NCBI RefSeq assembly: GCF_009914755.1
Contig: NC_060931.1
DNA length: 64,000 nucleotides
Origin: the human T2T-CHM13v2.0 reference genome, Homo sapiens
Direction: 5' to 3' (one strand)
The notes beneath the pieces were generated by a model, which had not been told where the DNA came from, made no database searches, and saw only the letters and a list, made by a program, of their open reading frames with translations. The translations under genes were made by a program, and so were the position numbers. Position 1 is the stretch's first letter; every line of letters begins with the position of its first letter. Below, piece by piece: positions 25,501-40,229 of this stretch.

Positions 25501-27450
25501 GTTCTTGTTTGGAAGGCTTTGCAGGTGTTTGAAAGGACTTGGGTGCTGTGATCTAAGCCATATCTGCATTAAGGGGCATGCAAGACCCAGTCATGCTGTG
25601 AATCTTGCAGATTCACAGAGGTACTATATTGGTGATCTCAGATAAGATCTAGAAAAATTTTCTGGATTACCAGTCTCTGCCTGTTCTCTTCCTTTACTTT
25701 CTCCCAAACAAATGAAGTCTCTCCTTCTGTGCTGAGCCACCTGGAGCTTGGGGTAAGACGACACAAGAACCCCTGTGGCCACCATCACTGGAATTGCACT
25801 GGGTCAGGTTTAAGCCAGCACAGCACTGGGTCTTGCTCAAGGTATGTTCAGATTACTACCTGGCTACCACCTATGTTTACTCAAGACCTTGGGGCTCTAC
25901 AAGATCTTAAGCAGGTGGTAAAGCCAGCCATGTTTGCTTCCTTCCATTTAGGGTGGTGAGTTCCCCCAGGCCCCAGGTGGATTAGGAGATGCCACCTGGG
26001 AGCCAGGTACTAGAGTCAAAAACCTTAGAAATATACCTTAGAAACCTTAGAATCTAGATTGGCAGAGGCTGAGTTGGCACTCAAATCATGAGACACAGTC
26101 CTTCCCACTCTTCCCTCCCCTTTACACAGGCAGAGGGGCCTATCCCCATGGCCACCACCACAGGCCTAGGAAGAGTACTGTCAGACTGTCGCTGCTGTTC
26201 ACTTAAGGCTCAAAGTCTCTTCAGTCAGCTTGTGAATGCTGCCAGGCCTGGATTTTTATTATTCAAGAAAGTGGGCTTCCTTATGGCCCAGGGAAGGTCC
26301 AGAAATGCTGTCCAAGAGCCAAGGCCTGGAATCAGAGACCCTAAGAGCCTGCTTGGTACTCTTCTACACTGTGGCTGAGCTGGTACCTAAGCTGCAAGAC
26401 AAAGTCCCCTTTATTTTCCCTCTCCTTTTTTCAAATAGAAGGGGTCTCTCCTCATAGCCATCATAGTTGTGAATATCCTGGGTCACAACCTAAGCCAGCA
26501 TGTCCCAGAGTCTTACCCAAGGCCCATAGCATGTACTACCTGGATACTGCTGTGGATTACTCAAGGCCCAAGGGCTCTTTAGTCAGCAGGTGATGAATTC
26601 GCCAGTGCTAAGTCCTTCCCTTCAAGGCAGCAGGTTCCCTTCCGGCCCAGAGTGTGTCTAGAAATGTCATCTGGGTATTAGAGCCTGGAAATGGGGCTCC
26701 ATGAATCTGCCTGGTACCCTATCCTACTGTGGCTCAAATAGTATTCACTTTGCAAAACAAAGTATTCTTTTCTTTCTCCTTTCCTCCCCTCAATCGGAAG
26801 GAACGAGCTTCTTTAGGAACTGTGAGATGTGTTGCTTGAGGTTGGGGGAAGTCACTCCCTTAGCCACCCTGGCTGGTGTTTCACTAGGTCATGTGCTCCC
26901 CATGTCCACTGGTTGCAAGTTCAGCACAGCACCAGAACTTGCTTAGGATTTGCAGTCCTTTTGGCTTAGACTGCCTTTCAAAATTTATTTAGGATCCCAA
27001 AGTACATTAGTCCAAAGTGGGAAGGCTTGCTGAAACTCAAGTTCCAACCACTGGGATGGGTGATTCTCCTCTAGCTAAGGCTGGTCTAAATGCTTCCTCC
27101 ATGGGTGTTGGCTGTGTTTTGCCTGCTGTTTGCAGCACTGCATTCCAATGCAATGCCACACAATTGCTGCACTCTCCGTCCCCCAATTTCACAGATTCTT
27201 TCTATGTACCATGTAGCCGCTGTTGGGGGATGAGGGAGGGGTGGTGTCAGCAATGCAAGACTGTTTCCTACCCTCTTCAGTGCCTCTTTTAGTGATACAA
27301 GGTTAAAACTAGGTTCTGTGATTGCTTACCTGGTTTTTAGTTCTTATGAAGGTGCTTTTTTGTGTGTAGATAGTTGTCAAATTTGGTGTTCTTGTGGTGA
27401 GGATGATTGGTGGAGGCTTCTATTTGGTCCTCTTGCTCTGTCTCCTCCTC
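22561..27450 (-). mobile_element. Nested L1MA2-like element with long 5'UTR, ORF1, 5' part of ORF2 and a ~2.9-kb internal deletion
   Basis: TSD TTTGTAT(A/G)TCTT at 22549-22560 and 27451-27462. The 3' tip (22620-22840) is joined directly to mid-ORF2. Homologous to 8900-12965. Confidence 0.85.
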
Positions 27451-27708
27451 TTTGTATGTCTTATGTTGAGAAAAATCTATTTCAATCTTTTGCCCATTTT
27501 TTAATTGGATTATTGCTTTTTTGTTATTGCATTGTTTGAGTGCCTTATTATTCTGGATATTGACCCCTTGTCAGATGCACTGTTTGCAAATATTTCCTCC
27601 TAAGCTGTAGGTTGTCTTTTCACTTTGTTACTTCCTTTGTTGTAAAAAAGCATTTTAGTTTGATGTAATTCATTTGTCTGTATTTGCTTTTGCTGCTCAT
27701 GCTTTTGA

Positions 27709-28113
<405 letters not shown>

Positions 28114-28870
28114 TAATTTTGAGGCTTACATTTACATTTTTAATCCATTTTGAATTCATTTTGGCATATGGTGAGAGATAGGTATCTAGTTTTTTTTTTG
28201 CACATGGATATATAGGTTTTCCAGCACCCTTTATTGAAGAGACTATTTTTTTCCCTCAATATGTGTTCTTGGTGCCTTTGTAAAAAACAATCGAGTGTAA
28301 GTGCATGGATTTATTTCTGGGTTTTTATTAGGTACTGTTGGCCTATGTGTCTACTTTTATGCTAATACCATGTTATTTTGTTTACTACATCTTTGTCATA
28401 AATTTTGAGGTCTGGTAGTGTGATGCTTCCAGCTTTGTTCTTTTTGCTGAAGATTGCTTTGGCTTTCAGGAATGTTTCAGGTTCCAAATATATTTTAGGA
28501 TTGTCTTCTTCTATTTCTGTTAAGAATGTCATTGATATTTTCATACAGATTTCATTCAATCTGTCAATTGCTTTGTGTAATGTGAACATTTAAACAATGT
28601 TAATTCTTTCAATCCACAAATGTAAATATCATTCCATTTATTTGTGTGCTCAATTTATTTTATCAATGTTTTATAGCTTTTATTGTGAAGATCTTTTACC
28701 TTCTCAGCTAAATTTATTCCTCAGTATTTTATCATTTGTAGTTATTGTAAATGGAATTGCTTTCTTGATTTCTTTTTCAAACAGCTTGCTATTGGCATAT
28801 AGAAACACTACTGATTTTTGTATGTTTATTTTGTATCCTGCAACTTTACAGTTTGTTTATTAGTACTAAC

Positions 28871-28874
<4 letters not shown>

Positions 28875-28903
<29 letters not shown>
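28875..28903. repeat. (TG)n microsatellite
   Basis: About 14 units read directly. Confidence 0.95.
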
Positions 28904-28905
<2 letters not shown>

Positions 28906-29284
28906 TCCTTAGGGTTTTCTATGTATATAATCATGTCATCTGCAGAGAGAGACAATTTGACTTTCTCTTTTTCAATCTGGAGGCCTTTTATTTCTTTCTC
29001 TTACCAGATCCATCTGGCTAGAACTTCCAGTACTATGTTGAGTGGAAATGGTAACAGTGAGCATCCTTGTCTTGTTCCAGATCTTAGAACAAAAGCTTTC
29101 TGTTTTTCTCTGATCAGTATAATGTTTACTATGTGTTTGTCATATATGTTTTTTTTCTTGCTTCTTCTCTAATAGTCCCATAATGCAAACATTTGTTTAC
29201 TTTATGGTGCCCCATCAGTCCCATAGACTTTCTTTATTCTTTTTTTTCTTATTTCTTGTCTGATTAAGTTGTTTCAAAAGACCT

Positions 29285-29587
<303 letters not shown>

Positions 29588-31149
29588 CTTCAAGTTCAAA
29601 AATTCTTCATTTTGCTTGATGTAGTCTGTTGTTGAAACACTCAGTTATATTTTTTAATTCCACTCATTGAATTCTTCAGCCCCAAGATTTTTGTTTGGTT
29701 TATTTTTTGTAATATTCATCTTTGTCAAATTTCTTATTAAAAGTCACGAGTTGCTTTTCTGATTTTTTGAGCTTTTTATATGTATTATATTTCATTGAGT
29801 TTTCTTAAGAGCATTATTTTTCATTTCTTGTCAGGCATTTCACAGATTTTCTTTTTTGAGAGGGTCTGTTACTGGACAATTATTGTTTTCCTTTGAAGAT
29901 GTCATGCTTTTTCATGTTTCTTGTGTTCTTATACTGATATCTTTGCATCTCGGTGGGACAGTTGACTCTTCCAATTTTGTGGAGCAGCTTTTGTAAGGAA
30001 AGACTTTTTTTCTGTAGATGGGTCCTTGAATGTTGGTTGGGTAGTATACTTTGGCTTTGATTCTAGGTAGGTGCATTATTGTAGTCTTCACATAATTTCT
30101 TCAGCTGTAATCAGTATCAGCAGTCTCTCTGAGTGCCTCAGTGGCTTAGGCTGTAAGTATTTGTGGAGCCAGTGGCATGGCTTTGCTGGTTGTGGTGCTG
30201 CTGGGTGAGCTGGTCCTCAGGCCTTGGAGGGCAAGCACAAAGCACAGTGGTTCTGCCAGTTGCAGGGTTGGCAGTATTGGGAGTGAGGTCACTGAGGAGG
30301 CATCAGTCCCTAAGGAGGTACACAATATGGTGATTCTGCTAGTCACAGGGGCAGCCTCCCTGCTGTGAAGAATTTCCTGTTCTTTGGGTTGCAGAGATCC
30401 ACTTGGGCTTGGGTGCTAGTGACATGGCTGGTCTGCTGGGTCTAGGCTTTGAGTAGCCAGGTTTGTGGTGTGGCAGCCAGTTGTGTGAGCATGGTGGAGT
30501 AACAGCAGGGCCCATCCTGCCTCCAGATGGCCCCTGCAGCAGAATGCAGTCTTGTAGTGACTTCCATATCAAGATGGTGCTGTTTTGAAGCAGTTCGGTT
30601 CATGAAGTGCTATTCTGAAGCAGCTTGGTTCACGTGGGTTCCTTCTTTAGAGCAATGCAGCCATGTGGACTCCAGGCAGACCTGTAAGCTAGACTCAGGG
30701 CCTGTGAGAATTGTGAACTCTCCTGCAGCAAGGACTGCAGGAGTCTGTAGTGCTAATGGGGGCTTCTGGGAATCCCTTGCTTACCTTTCTCCCACAGTGA
30801 GAAGTCCCTGCTGGCTCTGAGCTGATCCTGGCTGGGAATATGGTTTTGCAGAGGCAGAAAACATCACTCCTCTCTTTATGGGGCCACTCTAGTTTCCATG
30901 CTTCACAGGGTTTCTGTCATCCTTTGCTGTATTCCAGTGTCTTCTTTAGGCACTCTAGTTGAAATGTAGTTTATTGTTGTTGTTGTTGTTCTGGTCCTTT
31001 TTTTTGTTGTAGGGGTGAACATTACACACCTCTAGCCAGCCATCTTGCTGATGTCTCTCCTCGCAGTTTTATTTTGTAATAAAAAAGTTTTAATAAAATC
31101 ATTACTGACACTATTGGAAATGCCATACTATTTGCAATATATTGTTTGA

Positions 31150-32090
<941 letters not shown>

Positions 32091-32199
32091 TTCCTTGTAT
32101 GTGTTTGTGTGAGTGTTTAAGTGTGTATACATAGACTTTTGAAGAAATTAATCCCTATTGTATCTCCGGTTCTTTGTACATTATCTATTTTCCAAGTAC

Positions 32200-32385
32200 T
32201 ATGTAAATCATTCCTCTATTCTGCTGTTGTCTGAGTCCTCAGTGCAGCTCTGAGGTGAAGATTATTATCCCTGTTTTCAGATGGAGAAGGTAGGCAAAGA
32301 CAGTTTATTGACTTCATCAATGTCTCTTAGCTGGTAGAACTGAGGTAAGGCTTCAAATTCACATTTGGTCTTCCAGTCAGGTTTT
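32200..32385 (-). mobile_element. MIR
   Basis: Core ATTATTATCCCTGTTTTCAGATGGAGAA. Confidence 0.7.
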
Positions 32386-33249
32386 CTCCTGGTCCTCTGA
32401 GAGAGCAGCAACGGTTTCTTACTGGTTGCATACTTTGACAGTGACCTCTCCTTCTTTCTTTCTTTTTTTTTTGTCTTTCATGGTTCTTCTTCATTTTGTC
32501 ATAAGTATCAATTGCTTTTGAATGTTAATAATTCTGTACAGGTCGCTGCTCAATGCCTACTTCATCTTATCACGAACACTTTATTGGATGTGTCTGAAGT
32601 TGAATAAAGAGATCTGGGTTCATTCACTCACTTAGAGAATCTGAAATGTATTCATTCGCTTTGCATAGCACTGATGATCTCACCTCTGACTGAAGGAATC
32701 ATTGTAAACAAGGGAAATATGCAAGGGGATGCTGCTATCTTATGCATTCAAATGAACACATTCAATGCCGGCTCTCCTAGGAATCTTTAGACCTTGACGA
32801 GATTCTATTTGCATTAATGGAGCTATGAAATTCAAATGTTTAGGCCAGTACCAGGGGTGTTGGAAGTGTAATGAGATGGATTAAGGAAAGAAACATTTAG
32901 TCTGATCAGGTAAATCTCTTAATGAGCTCTCCTAGACAGTGAAATTAGGAGAGAAAAATTAGTCTGGGCTGGACAAATAGGAGTCCACAGAGATGGGGAA
33001 CAAGGACCTAGTACTTAATTCAAGGTTATATGATCCATCAAAACTTCCTGTGTTAACCTTCTTTGCTCCTGAAATCATTACAATGTACTATTGTTTATAA
33101 CTTCTCTCTGCATACAAGTAAACTGTTTAGTTTGTAAAAATACCAAGCATTTTTTGAGTGCCAACTCTGTGCTAGGCACTTCGTCATGTAATTTAATTAT
33201 CATAATCATGACTTCTCACATGAGAACTAAAGTTAATTGTGATCGTACT

Positions 33250-33415
33250 TTGTTTTAATTGCTTGTTGAATTGTCTGTATTCTCAACTGGAATTTAAATT
33301 CCAGAAGGCAGAAACAGGGCCTTTCTTACTCCTCACTGTATCACTGGTACTTGGCAGAATTTCGGACATATATGAGGCACTCAGGCATGGTACAATGTAT
33401 TAAAGGAAGAAATGG
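33250..33415 (+). mobile_element. L2 3' end
   Basis: TGTCTGTATTCTCAACTGGAATTTAAATTCC...TCACTGTATC...GGCACTCA. A second L2-like piece lies at ~33580-33720. Confidence 0.6.
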
Positions 33416-34771
33416 CCTGGCTATCTCCAGCTCCCAGTCTCATTTCAGGGCCCATCCTCTGGTCTTCTGGAGCCTTTCCCATTGCTCATCCTGTATTGCA
33501 TTCATCTATGAGCTTCATAAGACCTTCATTTTGTCCCCTCATGTATTCCAATGCCTACAACAAGATTTGACTTAGTATTTATTAAATTTATGTTTGAATT
33601 TATGTTTATCTCTGTGATCTATAATTTCTTTAATGATAGATGGCCATTTATTGTTTTATTTCTAGTTCTCAACACATGCCTTTTACACAAAATTTAAATG
33701 TCTGTCTTACAGAGGATGAAGGCAGGGCTCAGGGGTGTTGGAGAGAGGTTTCAGCATCCAGTAGATACCAGAACCAGAAGGGACTTAATTCTCACTTGTT
33801 CCCAAGTTCTAGTCTAGGTTTTGGAAACCCGGCTAGGATAAGTTATGTTTACAATAAGTCATTTTTTTTTTTTGCTAGTATGTGTTTTCTGATTCGTACT
33901 AGAGTTTTACTTGTTACTTCAAATCTTGTGCTTTTTGAAGGGTCTACATCATTTATTCTGAGATTTATGTTAATAATCATATCCTCTTATAAAGAAACAG
34001 TTTACATGCTCCTTAAAAGTGCTTGAAACTAATCTCACTGTCCTCTAACTCCAGTCCCACATTGGCAGTCACATCAGTCGGAAGGATGCAGAAAAATGAC
34101 AGAGTCGTCGTCTTTCTTATGCCATCTCTAGCTCTGCATATTAAATCTCAAGTATTGGTGGACACGGTCATTTACCACTGGCAGTAAAGCACACACTCCC
34201 AGCGTATCCTGGCAACCTGCAGAGAAAGCTAATCATGATAGGCATTAAAGAGTTTCATACTTCTCTTAGACATTAGGGAAAGGAAAGACTTGTATCTTTT
34301 ATAGCCATTCAAAGGTGAATTTTGAATACTAAAACAAAACTACTTCAAATTTAATCTTTCAGGAAAGTGTACATTTCTCTTACATTTGAATAATTGTGAC
34401 AGCTACAGAAACACATTTGCTCTAAATTTTGTAGGTGGCCATCACAGAATAGCCTCTGGGTACACATTTAGAAGAGCAATAATGATACAAGAAAGGGTAT
34501 TACAGATTTCATTTTAACCAACAACAGGAAAACGGCTTCATATACATATAGATCACTCCCTAGCACTGACTTCAGTTTTGAATGTCACCTCTATGTGGCT
34601 GACAGGGCATTAGTTTAAAAAGCAACTGTGGAGAAATAATAATAGAAAGAATGTCTTCATTTTTACTGTTTTTCCCTCTTGCTGGGCAAAGTCACAAAGA
34701 ACACCTGTGCAGGCCCTTTTTGGGCATGGTGGCTTTGAGCTGTGGATTTAAAACACTGGATGGAGGTTCTC

Positions 34772-35076
<305 letters not shown>

Positions 35077-35160
35077 CTAAAAAATGCTTCCTGCTTACTG
35101 GGCCTCCTGTTTCTCACCCAGTAATGAGGCAGGTGCTTTGGAGGATACAGAATGAGGATG

Positions 35161-35570
35161 TGTTAGGAGATGAATTGTGTTCCGCAAAATTCCTGTGTTG
35201 AAGCCCTACCCCCAAGTACCTATGAATGTGACCTTACATAGAGACAGGGTCTTTATAGAGGTAATCAAGTTAAAATGAGGTTATTAAGTTGGGCCTCAAT
35301 CCAATAGGACTGTTGTCCTTACAAGGGGAAATTTGCACACAGATATGCACATATGGAAGACGATGTGAACACACAGGAAGAACACACCATCTACAAGCCC
35401 AGGAGAGGCCTGGAGCATGTCCTTCCCTCTCAGCCTCCTCTCAGAAGGAGGGCTGTGCAGCACCACAATCTCAGACTTCCAGCCTCCAGAACTGGGAGAA
35501 AGTACATTTCTGTGGTTTAAGCCTCACAGTCTATGGTACTTTGCTATGGCAGCCCCAGCAGACTAATACG
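35161..35570 (+). mobile_element. MLT1B-like MaLR solo LTR
   Basis: GAATGTGACCTTA...GAGGTAATCAAGTTAAAATGAGG...GGCAGCCCCAGCAGACTAATAC. Confidence 0.9.
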
Positions 35571-35714
35571 GGGAGGCATCTCTGATGCTGTTCCCTCCAG
35601 TCCTGTTCAATGAAATCTTTTAAAGATTCATTACAAGCATCTCCTCCACACTGCCGACTCAGCCACACTCTGCTGGGTTGTTTTCATTGGTAGAGTTGTC
35701 ACTTCCTTGTCAGC

Positions 35715-36190
35715 TGTATTGGTTACCTATCGCTGTGCAACAATTACCCTGAAACTCGGCAGGAGACAACAATGCATGTATTATCTCACACACACTCTGA
35801 GGGTCAGGAATCCAGAGGTGGCTTGGCTGCATGGCTTTAGCTCTGGGTCTCTCATGAGGCTGCAGGTTAGCTGTCAGGTGGCACTGCAGTCTCTGGACAT
35901 TGGTTGGGGCTGGAGGACACATTCACGTGGCTGTGGGCAGGAGGCTTCTGTTTTTACCCTGTGGATCTTTCCAAGGGGCTGCTCACAACATGGCCTTTCC
36001 CAGAGCAGGTGGTTCCAGAGAGAGCATCAGGCAAGCAAAGGTTTGCTCAAGATGGAAGCTGCAGGGCGTGTCTTTATAATCCGTGGCATGAGATCACTTC
36101 TGCCATACTCGATTGTGGGAGGGGCTGCATAAGATTTTGAATGCCAGGAGGTGGGGATGATGGGGAGGCTCTTGGAGGTTGGCTACCACA
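35715..36190 (-). mobile_element. MLT1H/G-like MaLR solo LTR
   Basis: TGTATTGGTTACCTATCGCTGTGCAACAATTACCC...GGGTCTCTCATGAGGCTGCAG...GGCTACCACA. Confidence 0.85.
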
Positions 36191-38659
36191 TAGGACAGAG
36201 CCATTCTCATAGCTCATAGCCCTTTGTATAAAAGCAGCTTTCTCTTATGTAAAATTCAGCACATTGATTACAGGCCAAACCCAGGCTCATCTGTCTCCAT
36301 TCCTAGTACAACATCACCAGCTGCCTCCTTGGTCATCCCCCTGCCTTGCTTTTCATTTGTATTCCTTTCAATTTTGGGCTGACCATGAGCTTGTATATTC
36401 CCTTGGAGCCTTTGTATCTCTGGAGCTGGGCAGGTGATTAAGGAGTGCCCCTTCCTTTGGATAAAAATCCCATTGCTGGATGAGTGGACGTGCTCTGCCT
36501 GAGCCACTGCTGTGAGTGACCCTGCTAACCTCCTCACTCGCATGCTTGGGGCACCTTCTGTGTGAGGCACGTGCCCAAAGCGTGCCACACTGCTCTCCAC
36601 CCTCAGGTCCTTCCTGCTAAGGTCCTGACCTTCAGCTAGGTCACTGCAGTTCACAGGGCAGCTGTGGTTTTCCAGGGCTAAGAGAGCCCTGAGGAAAGGG
36701 CATGAACGTGATGGGCAAACGTTGCTGCACAGCAGCTGCTTAGTTGACTTCCACTGACACTGGCCTATTGAACCAAGCTGCCTTTTCTCCATCTATTGGG
36801 AAATACTAAGTTCTGTTTAACTAAAACTTCTAAACATTTACTCCCTGATGCTTTGAGTTGGTGATAGAGGTGGTGTTAGTGTCAGGAAAATGACTATCAA
36901 ATTTACCACTGGATCTGGAATTTGGGAGCTGAGTTTGAGAATCAGAGTCGCCTAACTGCTTCAGAAAGTTTTTTCCACTTGTCTTGAGAAGACTGTAGGA
37001 ACATTTAGAAACAGGCTGTAAGTGGGGCTGGCAGGTGGACTTTTACTTTTTATTTTTAGAGAGCATCTGTAGAGCCCATCATTGGCTGCGTCTGTAACTG
37101 CCTGACTCTAGTTCTGTGTAATAAAGCAGCCCTGTGTTATGATTACCATTTTGACAACAAGATGGATATTTCAAAGATGCGCTTCTGCATTCAATCACAT
37201 TTGAGGAACACATTGAAATCAGTCACTTGTGTGGGGCTGCTCTCTTCTGCTAGTGGCTAATTAGTCACGAGGAGCACACACATGGGGCTGCCTCCCTCCT
37301 GGCTGCTACTTTACCATGGAAAGGGCAATCATTGTCAGTAAAAAAAAAATAAATCTTTGATGCCACAGGGGATTTAAATGAACAGGAGGATAGAAGTAAT
37401 CAGGTTTTCCATGTAAGGTGTCATGGGAGGGAGAGGAGACAAGGCGTCTCAGCAGAGCCTGCCAACCTCCCTGGGGTGGGAGGGACTGTTGTGCCTGTGT
37501 GCAGCCCCACAGCATCCCGCTGTGTTTAAACCGCAACCCAAGGTGTGTCTCAATTTAATGTAAAGGCAACCTTGGGGACAAATTATGTTGGAATGATACT
37601 GAGTTTGACTTGTTAAAAGTACTTTCAAGAGAACCAGGGAGTATGGAAGAGTGGAGAAAGCAATAGACATAGACTCAGAAAACTGGCTTTGTTTTGCTAG
37701 CTGGGTGGCCTGGAGCATGATCTTCTAACCTGAGCTGTCTCATGAAAGGAAATCCTTTCTCCCTGTTGGGAGTACCATGTGCGCCCATGTCTAATCAAGC
37801 TCTTGCACACCTGCAACACGCTGTGCAGATTGTGTTGTTCAGGAAGACAGATGTGTGTCTACCATGTTCTTTATCCACCTGAATGTTTTTGAAGTTTTTT
37901 TAAGCTCTAAAAATAGGTAAAAACTGAACGTTAACAAAGAGAAAAACATTCAAATCAATATTTTCCATGGACTAATTTTCTATTCTCCATCTGTTTTACA
38001 CCTAGCTCTTGCTGTCCACTGCTGAGAGCCCCACGTCTCATGAGAACTGATAATGCCTCCCTAATGACTGAGAAATCTTCAGGGGCCCCGTGCTGGACTC
38101 TGGCATTCTAGTCTGTTTCATGATCACGTGGTCCAGGACCATCCTCTTTTTGTTTTCTCTGCTCTCAGAGGGTTTCTCAGAACCATGCATTTGGGGGATC
38201 CTTAGTATGACTGATCCCTAGTGTGTATCTCTCAGGAGTGCTGAGCTGGAGGACTTAATGATAGGATTCAATTTCTCAATGCCTCAGTGGGAACAAAGTC
38301 AAAGGAATTAAGCAACCCTGTGTGGTGGACCAGCTGGGGCTAAATTCGAATTTCCTAATTCCATTGTAGTCTTGTTTTTACTACATTGGGTCCTTGCCTC
38401 CAGGAAAACTTAGAGATGCTGCTGGGGGTAAATAAAGCAACCTGGATCAGATAGATCCATAATTCTTCCTAACCTCTGCTTTTCCCTTGGAGCAGAAATA
38501 TATGCATAAAAAAGCATCATGGGAGGGGTAAGGGACACAGTGGGAGGAGATGGGACTGTGTGAGCTCAGAGGCAAATACAATGTTGCCTTTAGTGGCTTC
38601 ATCTGGAGGCCAGAAAAGAAAACTGTCCTAGGATCCAGGAGATCTCCATTTAAGTGAAC

Positions 38660-38785
38660 AGCGATTTGAGCAAATATGTTACTCTTTGACCTTACTTTCC
38701 TCATCTAGAAAATGGGAATAATAATATGTAACTTACAGGATGGGCATCCACTGTGTCTCACACATATAAGGCAAATGGTTGTTAC
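38660..38785 (+). mobile_element. MIR fragment
   Basis: TTTCCTCATCTAGAAAATGGGAATAATAAT. Confidence 0.7.
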
Positions 38786-39344
38786 TCTCAGAGCACTGGA
38801 TTCAAAAATCTCTAAGGTAATTTTCTTTCCCATTTACTCCTTCCGCCTGTATTGGCTCATGTTAATGCTAGTGTTTGTTGAACTTGATCTCCTTCAAATT
38901 TGAAAAAATTACATCTCATTTTCCATTTAATTTTCTCAATCCTTCCAGGTGAAAAATGTTATCCAGACATTGGTACCCAAATCTAGTGAGGACACTGGTG
39001 TTTAGGTTGCTGCTGCTGCTTTCATTCAGGTATTATTAAGTGTCAAGCCCAGCACATGTATCTGTTTTTTTAAAAATTTTAATTTGGAGGCTGCTCACAT
39101 ACTGAACACTTTGTAGAGTCAACATTAGGCACAAAAACATATTTGCACATAGAATAAAATTGAAGAAAGTTAGAAAACATCTTAACCAAGGGAAAGCAAA
39201 TAGGTATATAACTCACTTCAATTAGCACAGTTTCAGTGCACAATACTATTTATTTTTAGAAACAAAGGGTAAGGAGCATGTACTCCACCAGTTTTCCTGT
39301 ATTTATTTTTTGGGGATAATTACTCGACATTTTAGAGTGAACTT

Positions 39345-39485
39345 GCATTCATTGAATGCCCATTATTATGTGTGAGGTTCTGTAATTGATGTTTTCACAT
39401 TTTATTTAATGTTCCTTAGCAGCCTATGAGAGGGGTATTATTATTTTCCCATTGTGCTTATGAAGAAACTGAGACTTAGAATGGA
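39345..39485 (-). mobile_element. MIR fragment
   Basis: TATTATTATTTTCCCATTGTGCTTATGAAGAAACTGAG. Confidence 0.75.
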
Positions 39486-39544
39486 AAGAAAAAAACACTG
39501 AATTTTATTTTTCAATTCTGTAGTGTGTTGACATACAATATTTT

Positions 39545-40229
39545 TTCCCTTTTTAATTTTGAAATAATTTTGATTGTAGACAAGTTGCAAGAATGAAGAA
39601 CTCTTATATATTTTTCATACAGATTCACCATTGTTAATATTTTGCCATATTTCTTTTCTTTCTCCCGTCATATATCAAATTTTTTCTATCCCATTTTAGT
39701 GTCGATTGCATATATTCTATCATTTACTTTGTGATTCTTCAGCGTGTATTTTCTAAGAACAGGGACATTTTCTATCATAACCACAACATAGTTATCAAAC
39801 TCAGGAATTTTAACCTTGACACAATTGATGATCAAAATCACAATCCCTATTTCAATTTCCTAGTTTCCAGAAATGTCTTTCATAGCCATTTAGCTTCTGG
39901 TCCAGGGTCCCGTCCTGCTGCACACATTGCGTTTTATAATCATGTTTCTTTAGCCTTATGTTATCTGGAAAAGACTCTTGGCCCTTTGTCTTTTATATCA
40001 TTAACATTACAGGTCAGTTATGTTCTAGGGCATCCTCTCAGTTTGGGTTTGTCTGATGTCTCAGATAATGCAAGTTTGGGCAGGATTATTTCGTAAGCCA
40101 TGTTGTGTTCTTCTCAATATTGAGAAGCACATGAAGTTGGTTAGTTCCAATACTTGTGATGTTAATTTTGCTCCCATCTCCCCACTCTAAAGTCACTATT
40201 GTTTTTTTATTAATAATTAAGTGGTAAAA
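39545..40229 (-). mobile_element. L1MC-like 3' end; resumes at ~42835-43050 after the nested L1
   Basis: TTTTAATTTTGAAATAATTTT...AGTTGCAAGAAT...CAGATTCACCATTGTTAATATTTTGCCA. Confidence 0.7.

Noticed and set aside
35707-36132. 141-aa plus ORF
   Set aside because: Lies within an MLT1 LTR and has a non-ATG start.
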